Positions 17,330 through 25,778 of a stretch of DNA of 32,000 bases are shown here, piece after piece. How positions within the stretch are numbered: position 1 is the stretch's first letter; every line of letters starts with the position of its first letter. Source of the DNA: Candidatus Lokiarchaeum ossiferum (GTDB lineage: Archaea > Asgardarchaeota > Lokiarchaeia > Sigyniarchaeales > Promethearchaeaceae). The stretch lies in assembly GCA_025839675.1 (NCBI GenBank), contig CP104013.1, positions 5,670,001 to 5,702,000 of the forward strand, given 5' to 3'. A program made the position numbers and the translations under genes. Below the pieces are notes generated by a model. It had not been told where the DNA came from and searched no databases. It was given only the letters and a program-made list of their open reading frames with translations.

Positions 17330-19870
17330 ATGATCTTAAAAGATCCATTTTACATTATTGAAGGTTGTGATATTAGGGCACTATTAGCGAAAATTTGTAT
17401 TTCTCATTCAAAAAAGGCCTCCGATTTAAACAATCAAAAAGATTATCCATATGATATTCAAATTGGGCATTTCCAAATCAATTCAGTTTTTATTGGAATT
17501 CTTCTTCGATTAGCTGATATCTTAGATTTTGATAGAGATAGGACACCTAAAATTATTTGGGATACAATTTCAATTTCTGATACAAAATCCATCAAAGAAT
17601 GGAAAAAACATCTTTCAGTAAATGGATGGAGTATCAATTCTGAAAGGGTTAGGTATTCTTGTGAATGTGACCATCCAGACTATCAAAAAGCAGTATATGA
17701 ATTGATGGAATGGATTCGAATCGAACTTGTCCAATGTAATATTCTTATTCAAAATTTCCCTGCGGATTATTCAAAATATCAATTCAAAATCCCACTCCAA
17801 GTAGATAATTGTAGAATATTTCCAAAAAATGACTCATATATTTATCATGATCTAGTATTTGAAATTAATAAGAAGAAAATAATCGATCTATTTCTAACCG
17901 ACCAATTGTATAAAGATCCTTCTCTGTGCATCCGAGAACTGATCCAAAACTCCTTAGATGCTTTGGAAATGAGAAGGTTATTTTTCTTAAGTGAATCTGG
18001 AGCTATTTGGGAACAGGGGAAAATTGAACTTAAACATTATTTTGATGATGACGGAAATGAAATTCTTGAATGCGAAGATAATGGAATTGGTATGGATGAA
18101 AATGAAATACTAAACTATTTAGTAAAAATTGGTCAAGGATATTATCAATCCTATGAATTCTCAAAAATAAACCATATTTTCAAGAAAAAAGGGTTTGAAT
18201 TCAATCCAATTGCTCAATTTGGAATCGGTTTTCTTGCATGTTTTATGATTGGCAATAGGATTCAAATAACTACTCGAAAATCATATGGAAGCAATAATGC
18301 GCAGATTCCATTGCAAGTCGAAATTGATGGGATAATAAACAGAATTGTAATAAGGAAATTATCAGAAGATATTGAAATTGGTACAAAAGTAAAAATATTT
18401 TGCAAGCAAAAACAACTTTATTACCATCCAAGCTTAGAAATAATCAAATTATGTACTACAATTCTCAGATATGTACGAGGAACTAATTTTTGGATTTATT
18501 CTGAGTGTTTTATTCCAGAAATTGCTAAAAAAGTTTCACTTCCACCAGGAATAAAATATCATAAAACTCATCTTCAAAAAGCAAATATCGAGCAAATTAA
18601 AATCATCGAGCAAGACTTTTGTGAAATAAATTCGAATCTGGAAGGAAAAGTATATGAAACCTTTTTAATTAATGGAGAAAACAATTTTGTTTTAGAAAAT
18701 GAAGAAGCAAAGTGGATTTTTGATGACAAAGGTCCTATATTGGTCGATTCTGAAAATGAAAAAAAAATACTTTATAAATTTTACGACCATAACGTGCTGA
18801 TGCAGAATAAAATTCTGTGTTTTGATGGAATTTTAGTTGCTGGTTCTCCAGATGGATATTCGTATAGAGGAAAAGCTATTTTCCCTCCTAGTACTAGTAG
18901 CTGTATCATGAATATTAAAAATTCACTGAAAACACAATTAACCCCTAGGAGATTTATTGATGAAAATGCAATAATCAGCAAAAATCCACGATTACAGTAC
19001 ATAATTGAATGTCATAATATCGCTGAAGGTTTAATATGGGAAAAAATAATTAGAAATGCCACTTCTCGACCTAAAATGCTTTGGAAACTTGTATTTATCT
19101 ATGGATTTGATTTAAAAAATATTAGAAAAGAAATTTTATGGGAATATCTCTATATTCCAGCTTTGGATGATAAAAATAAATTAAATTGGATAAAATTGAA
19201 AGAAATTATTATAGAAGGCATAGAAAATGTATCTGTTAGCAAAGGAAATCACTATGTTCGCTTTTACTCGTCCAAATATAAGTATGATTTTCCACATAAG
19301 AAAGAGTACTATTCAGTAATTTCAAATGATCCTAATAATACTCTTCTATGGCTTATAATGGGTTTTATGAAGCTATCGTATGATGTAAGTGGATTTATAT
19401 ATAGAATGACAGATGATTTTGATAAAAAGAACATTATTAGCATATCAGATTCCTGTTATAGAAGTAAAACAAAATTGCAAATGTTTTTCCCTCGCTCAAT
19501 AATCCTTTTTTGTAGTGAATGGCCTATCGAAACTGATTTTAGATCCTCTCTTGCAAATGTTTCTCACCAATTAATTAAGAAGATCCAAGAAATTCGTTAT
19601 AAAGAGAATTTAACAATAGGAGAAAAGATCGTTGTTTCTCTTGTAGAATTTTTGACAAGAACACAAGTTATAAAGATCCTGAAGTTGAATCACCCAAAAC
19701 TTACAGTTGAGTTCAAAGAAATAGGCATTCAGTTCAAAATTTTCGAAGAATCCCTAAGTCCGGAATTTAAACCTCCATACAAAATATTAACACGGGAATG
19801 CACAGTTTTGGAAATCACACAAGAACATTTCTATTCCTGGGCAGAGTTGAAAAATGAAGAAATGGTCTGA
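17330..19870 (+). CDS. HD-domain C-terminal half fused to GHKL (Hsp90/sacsin/MORC-like) ATPase and ~500-aa unknown C-terminal region
   Basis: The 18 in-frame codons between the TAG and ATG 17330 read NFIRIRHGERVKKVIWDE. Then LLRLADILDFDRDRTP completes the HD fold. The GHKL motifs follow: N-box CIRELIQNSLDAL, G1 CEDNGIGMDENE and G2 IAQFGIGFLACFMIG. Confidence 0.7.
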   Translation: MILKDPFYIIEGCDIRALLAKICISHSKKASDLNNQKDYPYDIQIGHFQINSVFIGILLRLADILDFDRDRTPKIIWDTISISDTKSIKEWKKHLSVNGWSINSERVRYSCECDHPDYQKAVYELMEWIRIELVQCNILIQNFPADYSKYQFKIPLQVDNCRIFPKNDSYIYHDLVFEINKKKIIDLFLTDQLYKDPSLCIRELIQNSLDALEMRRLFFLSESGAIWEQGKIELKHYFDDDGNEILECEDNGIGMDENEILNYLVKIGQGYYQSYEFSKINHIFKKKGFEFNPIAQFGIGFLACFMIGNRIQITTRKSYGSNNAQIPLQVEIDGIINRIVIRKLSEDIEIGTKVKIFCKQKQLYYHPSLEIIKLCTTILRYVRGTNFWIYSECFIPEIAKKVSLPPGIKYHKTHLQKANIEQIKIIEQDFCEINSNLEGKVYETFLINGENNFVLENEEAKWIFDDKGPILVDSENEKKILYKFYDHNVLMQNKILCFDGILVAGSPDGYSYRGKAIFPPSTSSCIMNIKNSLKTQLTPRRFIDENAIISKNPRLQYIIECHNIAEGLIWEKIIRNATSRPKMLWKLVFIYGFDLKNIRKEILWEYLYIPALDDKNKLNWIKLKEIIIEGIENVSVSKGNHYVRFYSSKYKYDFPHKKEYYSVISNDPNNTLLWLIMGFMKLSYDVSGFIYRMTDDFDKKNIISISDSCYRSKTKLQMFFPRSIILFCSEWPIETDFRSSLANVSHQLIKKIQEIRYKENLTIGEKIVVSLVEFLTRTQVIKILKLNHPKLTVEFKEIGIQFKIFEESLSPEFKPPYKILTRECTVLEITQEHFYSWAELKNEEMV

Positions 19871-20005
19871 TTTCGATTTGAAATCATCATTGACCTTTAT
19901 TTGACAACCTTTTTCCGTTGAAACTAATGTTTTGTATAAAATTTTGCTCGTGTGGGAGAATTTATCCCAAAATTCTTATTTAGAAATTTGGTATTCTCTG
20001 GACTG

Positions 20006-20017
20006 TTTTTTTTTTTT
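20006..20017 (+). terminator. T12 tract between convergent genes
   Basis: An uninterrupted T12 lies ~135 nt after the HD-GHKL stop and 8 nt from the stop of the convergent gene. This is a plausible oligo-T terminator if the organism is archaeal. Confidence 0.25.
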
Positions 20018-20025
20018 GTAAAAAA

Positions 20026-21189
20026 CTATGCTAATAAGGAATTAACTTCTTCTTGGTGTTTGAAGTAGATTTCAGAGTGTTTCTCGTCCTTTTTCATCGT
20101 TTTGATCAAAATTTTTGGAGAAAACGGAATTATGTTGCATAAGTCAGAACCAAACAAATAGATGGCATAAGCATTTACTCTTAAACTATCAAATTTCTTA
20201 TCAAGAGATTTATCAACAAGTATTTTTTCCAAAATTATTTTTAATTTATCTTTATCCACAAAACTAAGAAGAAAAAATAGATTATCCCCTGGTCTCTCCT
20301 TCTTAAAATCTAACATCCAAATCCTTGATATTATTATCTTCCATTGTTCAAAAATAATTTTATTCGCAATTTCACTAAAATTTTTTTCTATTAGTTCTCT
20401 AATTTTATGATTGTATGCAAAAATTACTGCTGATAGTTGATCAAGCAATATATCAATTCCATTAAGAAAGTTTTTCTGAATTAGAAAATTAATGATAACT
20501 CCTAATAGAGGTGAAATCAGAATTCTTGGGTGATTGATCAAAAAGGAAAATGAATCATAATCCAATTCATCATCTGAATTTAATAATTTTTCCAATACCT
20601 TTAATATTGAATTATAGCCGCATTCATTTCTTACATCGTACAAAAATTCATCATAATAGAAATTCGAAAATTCATCAGAATTATTGCTGTTTGATAAATT
20701 GCTAGATATAACTGGAAGTCCTTCATCATTACTCCATAAATCTGGATTGGCTAGCCATGTTTTTACATTAATAATACTATACAATGATTTCTTTTTGTAA
20801 TAGAAGAATAAAAAAACTGGCAAAGGTTGCTCATTCCAGTATTTCAATGTATGTAGATTTCTCTCAGATTTTGGTAATAAAAAATGAGCATAAGGAATTC
20901 GAGATGATTTTTGTCTAAAAAAAGTCTTACCAGATTTAATTTGAAAAATTGCCATTTCTCCCGTCAATCTCTCATCTTCATCAACAATTTTTACATAATA
21001 ATCTTCTCCATAATCATGTTCTAAAGGAATTTTATGCGAAATTAAGCCACAAACATTAATGAATTCTTCAAAAAATAATTCTCCATCCCGCATTGTTTTA
21101 TTATTTGAACGTACTTTTTTACTTGGCAAATCTTTTAGTTTTTCAAAAAATTTTTGTTGAACTTTGTTGACCATAAACACCCCCATCAC
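20026..21189 (-). CDS. DUF4365-like (PD-(D/E)xK nuclease-fold) N-terminal domain protein with helical-repeat C-terminal region
   Basis: 387 aa. GELFFEEFINVCGLISHKIPLEHDYGEDYYVKIVDEDERLTGEMAIFQIKSGKTFF and LKYWNEQPLPVFLFFYYKKKSLYSI follow the DUF4365 pattern as I recall it (G..gE..f...g.....D.GiD....tG....vQvKs ... yw...lPv.lv.yd). The start is ambiguous (GTG 21189, ATG 21186 or ATG 21174). Confidence 0.55.
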   Translation of the reverse strand: MMGVFMVNKVQQKFFEKLKDLPSKKVRSNNKTMRDGELFFEEFINVCGLISHKIPLEHDYGEDYYVKIVDEDERLTGEMAIFQIKSGKTFFRQKSSRIPYAHFLLPKSERNLHTLKYWNEQPLPVFLFFYYKKKSLYSIINVKTWLANPDLWSNDEGLPVISSNLSNSNNSDEFSNFYYDEFLYDVRNECGYNSILKVLEKLLNSDDELDYDSFSFLINHPRILISPLLGVIINFLIQKNFLNGIDILLDQLSAVIFAYNHKIRELIEKNFSEIANKIIFEQWKIIISRIWMLDFKKERPGDNLFFLLSFVDKDKLKIILEKILVDKSLDKKFDSLRVNAYAIYLFGSDLCNIIPFSPKILIKTMKKDEKHSEIYFKHQEEVNSLLA

Positions 21190-21819
21190 CCATTTCTTCC
21201 TTGAAAAAAAGCTATTAACACTATCTAATCTCCTACCGTAATTATCAAAACAAAACCATAATATGAAGAAGATTACTATGTGTTTTGATCTTTAAATATT
21301 CTAATTACTTATAAAGTCGTATAGTTGTAAGTTTTTCTTAAAATTAAAGAGAGATTTTAAAAGAATATATAGATAAAAAATTTTGGACATGATTTTTCGA
21401 TATAAAAATGATTTATTATCTGCAGGCTTAACAGAATTTATAAAAGATTTGTATCCATAATTATAGATTATGATTTTACCCCTAATCCCTATTAATTAGT
21501 AATTAGAAAATCAGTTGATCAAAGATTTACTTGTTTCTACACCTACATTAGGTGATCAATAAAAAAAATTGATGAACACTTGGATTATGCCAACAATACC
21601 GAATATTTCATACAAAGATTTTATATTTATATAACATTTTATATGCTTCTCAATAATATTTTGATATTTTTGATAATACTCTCATCTAAATGAAAAAAAA
21701 ATCTCAATTTTTTTAATTTTTTCAGAATTAATTATTCCAAAATTTATTTTTTGAGACTCCACTGAATTACAGTTTCATAAAAAACTCTTCAAACCAAGAA
21801 AACAGAATTTATCCCTGAT

Positions 21820-23316
21820 TTATTTCCAAAAAGGAAATAAATCAAAAATAAAATGGAATATTTCTACTATCCGTCCTTCATCAGTTTTATATTTTGAAAA
21901 GTAATATTTTTTAGATGAACCTTGGATATTAAATTCTTCAAAAGTTCCAGGTATACTTAATCTATGATTTTCAATTAGTCTATTCTTATATGTTGTATCT
22001 ATCGAATTCAAATTTTCATTAATCATATAAAGGATACCTATTTTATCATTAAATCCCATGTTTCCAATTAATTCTTCAATCGGAGGATATTCTTTGAAGT
22101 TTCTAGGCCATATTTTAAATTCAAAAGAGATTCTAAACATATTATGAGATGTTTTAATATTTAGATCACATTTCGTTTTTTTTATAGTTTCTTTTTCTCT
22201 CTCAGAAATCCAATAATTTGAATGGAATTGATCTAAGAAATAATCTCTAAAATTCTCTTCCTTATATTGCTTATTGATGATTATTTCTTGCATTGTGGAA
22301 TTAAATTCAATCATGTTTTGAATGTCAATAGTTTTTCCAATTAATTTATCAATAAATGAAAGAGGTATATCTAATGAATAAGAATTAAAACTTGTAATGT
22401 ATTCTTTTTCTATTATTTCATTTCCATAAATACTTGAGAAGAATTCAGTCATAGCATACCTAGGTATATTATTCCAATATGATCCAGTATATTTAAATGT
22501 ATTATGTGCTTTTTTTGCAGCTGCTACAATAGATTGGTATAAAATTTTGTCATCAATGGAAGAATAAAGAGAATAACCCAAGGATTGAAATTTTGTCAGT
22601 TTATCTAAATTTCTTAGAATTTCTTGTCTTAAATTTTGATTTTTAGAAATTAGTGCTTTTTCAATATCTGAATTATTTTGAGAAATATTCAATATAAAAA
22701 TCCAAAGAGATATTGCATTTGGGTAAATCTGAATAATTTTTTTTTTTTTTAAGAAATTTGATAATCTTTTTATTGAAATGTTCAAACAATTTCTTGCAGT
22801 TTTACGATAAAAAGCATTTTCCATTGTATTTTTAAGATAATAACCAAAAAATTCTATTGAGAGACAATAACCATAACATACTAACGATCCTAAATATTGA
22901 TCAGTGAATCTTGAACCGAGGTTACTTAAATATCGATGAATTCTTGTAAAAAAAGTTTTTAAAATTGAAATATCAGATGGAACATTGAATAATTCCATAG
23001 TTTTAAACAAAATTAACATTTGTGCAATTAAATTATTACTATTCTTGAAATCATCAATGCTTTTTTGGTTTAATAGATATCCATAATAATAAGATGATAT
23101 ATTTTGACCAAAAAGACTTCCTAAATGATACAACCAATTTTGAATGCTCTTATGGTTTGGATCTTTTTTATAGAAATCATTTAAGAACAATAAAAAATTT
23201 CCAGAATCAACAAAATATTGCTTTACATGCTTCAATGGTTCTTTCTTTGATTCTTCATACTTTCTTAATCGATCGGAAAAATCCTTTATCCATAAATCCT
23301 TATAAATTGTGTCCAT
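21820..23316 (-). CDS. hypothetical 498-aa protein, partner of the minimal nucleotidyltransferase
   Basis: Long ORF whose ATG lies 17 nt inside the 3' end of the MNT gene. The N-terminal two thirds are helical and aromatic-rich, and the C-terminal region looks beta-rich. It contains an A14 coding tract (KKKK). No recognised domain. Confidence 0.6.
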   Translation of the reverse strand: MDTIYKDLWIKDFSDRLRKYEESKKEPLKHVKQYFVDSGNFLLFLNDFYKKDPNHKSIQNWLYHLGSLFGQNISSYYYGYLLNQKSIDDFKNSNNLIAQMLILFKTMELFNVPSDISILKTFFTRIHRYLSNLGSRFTDQYLGSLVCYGYCLSIEFFGYYLKNTMENAFYRKTARNCLNISIKRLSNFLKKKKIIQIYPNAISLWIFILNISQNNSDIEKALISKNQNLRQEILRNLDKLTKFQSLGYSLYSSIDDKILYQSIVAAAKKAHNTFKYTGSYWNNIPRYAMTEFFSSIYGNEIIEKEYITSFNSYSLDIPLSFIDKLIGKTIDIQNMIEFNSTMQEIIINKQYKEENFRDYFLDQFHSNYWISEREKETIKKTKCDLNIKTSHNMFRISFEFKIWPRNFKEYPPIEELIGNMGFNDKIGILYMINENLNSIDTTYKNRLIENHRLSIPGTFEEFNIQGSSKKYYFSKYKTDEGRIVEIFHFIFDLFPFWK

Positions 23317-23626
23317 TCCTAATTCTTCCTGAAATTATTCTATAACCTTTCTTTAAAGACTCATTTAGTTTACTTTTTTTCTGTATATTCGAATAAAATT
23401 CTTCTTCAGTTAAGCAAATTACATCTACATTTGATATATTCTTATTTTTAAAGATATTTTGGATCATTTTAATACGATCAAAAAATATTATTCTAATGAA
23501 GTAATTACTAACAACGATTAAATCAATATCTAAATTGGGATCAAGGAACTTTTTATTTACTTGAGATCCATGTAAAATAATCAATATTGGTTTCAATATA
23601 TTAAGATTTTCCAGAATTTTATTCAT
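23300..23626 (-). CDS. minimal nucleotidyltransferase (MNT, Pol-beta superfamily)
   Basis: 108 aa. LIILHGSQVNKKFLDPNLDIDLIVVS provides the G-S and D-x-D motifs, and NVDVICLTEEEF supplies the third acidic residue. Confidence 0.7.
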   Translation of the reverse strand: MNKILENLNILKPILIILHGSQVNKKFLDPNLDIDLIVVSNYFIRIIFFDRIKMIQNIFKNKNISNVDVICLTEEEFYSNIQKKSKLNESLKKGYRIISGRIRNGHNL

Positions 23627-23841
23627 TTTTCAAGTCTTTTCTTTTTTGGTTTTATAATAAATTACAATTAACATAATCGGAAATTTGAGTTTTATCTTTC
23701 TTGCATTCAATTCTCTGGTTTGAGTTCATAAAAAACTATTAGCTGGAATTGGGAGGAAATTGAAAAATTTTTCTGCTTTTACAAAATTAGCCATATCACT
23801 ATTTCATATGATTCTAAGTTAATAATAGTGTGCTGTTGTGA

Positions 23842-23958
23842 ATGTTGGGCAAAGATAAAAAATGGGCCAATTCTGGAGAATATTGTCATCATTGTGGTCA
23901 ATCACACCATAGCTCTATTGAAAAATCGGTATGTTATCCTTGTTTCAAAAAAAAATAG
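23842..23958 (+). CDS. 38-aa zinc-ribbon micro-protein candidate (below the ORF-track size cut-off)
   Basis: ATG 23842 gives MLGKDKKWANSGEYCHHCGQSHHSSIEKSVCYPCFKKK-TAG, with C-x2-C-x13-C-x2-C spacing. The stretch is locally GC-richer than its surroundings. It overlaps the 60-aa track ORF 23828-24010 in another frame. Confidence 0.3.
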   Translation: MLGKDKKWANSGEYCHHCGQSHHSSIEKSVCYPCFKKK

Positions 23959-24006
23959 TGCTTTTTATTCTGATAAACTCCTCAAAATACTTTTTTATTA
24001 TTTATA

Positions 24007-25758
24007 TTAGAAGCCTGGGGTAGTAAAAAGTGGGAGACTTATGAGATGGCCTCTTTCTTTAAAAATTTGCTTAGTCATTAATGAATTATTATCTAAAGTT
24101 TCTTTTTTATTTAACTTATGATCTATTCTTTTTTTTGAACTTGAATCATAGATTTCTGAAATCCATCTTCCTTCAATTTTTGATAATTTAAGTGAATAAT
24201 GATTTATCTTCAGATAAGATATACCTTCAATAATTTTTAGGGGAAATAACTTCTGAAATTCATAAACATTATTTTCATACATGAATGAAATATGACTCCA
24301 TCTTTCCTTCTCAATGGAATCGCAAAACTGATGCTGAAAAGATTCAATCCATTCCTTCTCATTTTTGTGAGCCATTTCTGGACAAATTTGATCCCAAAGT
24401 TGGTTTAAAACTCCAATACGATGTAAAGACATTCCTTGAAACATTTTTTTATATAAATCTGGTTGTTCTGATTTAATATGATCCAATTTACGACCAATAT
24501 CATTCCAACTTTCGAATTTGAATTGTTCAAATATATTTTCTGTGATATCAACCCGCATTTCAACAATTTTGTCTTTATCATTCATTTGGAGATAATATTC
24601 ACCAGATCCAGTCTCAATACACAATGTAACTCCTCTAATGGCAAACATTTCTAAAATTTTATCATCTTGAAAGATTTGTTGGAGAATTTCTTGAAAATTT
24701 TGATTCCGTCTGTAAGCTTCGCTTATTTCATCAAAGTACAAGTAAAATCTCTCTAATTGGATCATTTCTTGAGTTTTTATAGAAAATTGGTTGTTGATAT
24801 AATTACATAACTCAAATTTAAACTGTAAATAATAATCTAAGATGAATTTTCCCTCCGCGTGAATTGTATTCTTTCCGATACTCCCATTTACTTTTGAGAT
24901 CTTTTCTGGATTATAGGATATACTTATATCAAAGTTTTTTTCATTTTCATTTTGAGAATAAAAAAGAAATTTAATTAAGGTTCGAGCTGATGTGAAGTAT
25001 CCAAATGTATTAGTTCCACTTGATTTACCTTCTTTTTCATCAATAGTTGTAGTTAAGTTTAAAAAATCTTGCAAATTAGATTTATGATTTCTAATAAATT
25101 CTGTTAATATTTTTAGTTGATTTGGATAATTTGGCCCCAAATCTTCATTTTTGGTAATGAAAGCTAAATCCATCAACTTCATGACTTGATTATATGCTCT
25201 AAATATTTCATTATTACTTTGTGTTTCATCATTCTGCAACTTTTTAATTTGTAGTAATTCATTGAAGGTTATTTGTTTCTTACTTCCGGATCCTCTAATC
25301 CAAAACTCATGTAAATCAACAGTTTTATTATGACATAGTTCCTTTTTATGATAAAGGGAGTATATTTTGTTTTTTGGTGTTTTTATTCTTACGATCGTAA
25401 TGAACCGAGAATTTTGAAAATAAATAGGTTGAACTTCAATATTATTTATTATGTTTGGTGAAATTCTTTCATTTAGGATATTTACAAGATGGGTTTGCAG
25501 CTTATCTCCATTAAATGAATCTTCAGTTTTCATTCCTACTATTTTTTTCTCCTTATCAGTAACTCCATAAAGAATGATTCCAGTCTCATCAGTATTTGCG
25601 AAGGAAACAACATCTCTTAGAAATTCATAAGAAAATGCATCATTAGCACTCAAAAATTCTTTGAAATCCACGCGATGGGATTCATTTCCAATATCATTAA
25701 GGAAATTTTCAATATCATCAATCTTAATTCTTTCAATCTCTTTGCTAAACAAGGTCAT
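24007..25758 (-). CDS. AlbA_2/Schlafen-like N-terminal domain protein with ~400-aa unknown C-terminal region
   Basis: 583 aa. NESHRVDFKEFLSANDAFSYEFLRDVVSFANTDETGIILYGVTDKEKKIVGMKT...ITIVRIKTPKNKIYSLY...FWIRGSGSKKQITFNELLQI matches the AlbA_2 (PF04326-type) pattern. It starts 20 nt after the OLD gene's stop. Confidence 0.65.
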   Translation of the reverse strand: MTLFSKEIERIKIDDIENFLNDIGNESHRVDFKEFLSANDAFSYEFLRDVVSFANTDETGIILYGVTDKEKKIVGMKTEDSFNGDKLQTHLVNILNERISPNIINNIEVQPIYFQNSRFITIVRIKTPKNKIYSLYHKKELCHNKTVDLHEFWIRGSGSKKQITFNELLQIKKLQNDETQSNNEIFRAYNQVMKLMDLAFITKNEDLGPNYPNQLKILTEFIRNHKSNLQDFLNLTTTIDEKEGKSSGTNTFGYFTSARTLIKFLFYSQNENEKNFDISISYNPEKISKVNGSIGKNTIHAEGKFILDYYLQFKFELCNYINNQFSIKTQEMIQLERFYLYFDEISEAYRRNQNFQEILQQIFQDDKILEMFAIRGVTLCIETGSGEYYLQMNDKDKIVEMRVDITENIFEQFKFESWNDIGRKLDHIKSEQPDLYKKMFQGMSLHRIGVLNQLWDQICPEMAHKNEKEWIESFQHQFCDSIEKERWSHISFMYENNVYEFQKLFPLKIIEGISYLKINHYSLKLSKIEGRWISEIYDSSSKKRIDHKLNKKETLDNNSLMTKQIFKERGHLISLPLFTTPGF

Positions 25759-25778
25759 TTTTAGTTTATTCCTCTTTT

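Noticed and set aside
21820-23316. R-x4-H (NRLIENHR) near the C terminus of the 498-aa protein as a HEPN motif
   Set aside because: It lacks the R-N/H...H-G context, sits in a region that looks beta-rich rather than a helical bundle, and a single R-x4-H is expected by chance in a protein this long.
23828-24010. 60-aa GTG-initiated track ORF
   Set aside because: A different frame in the same stretch gives a far more protein-like C-x2-C...C-x2-C peptide (23842-23958). The 60-aa frame has no features and runs into the convergent gene's stop.
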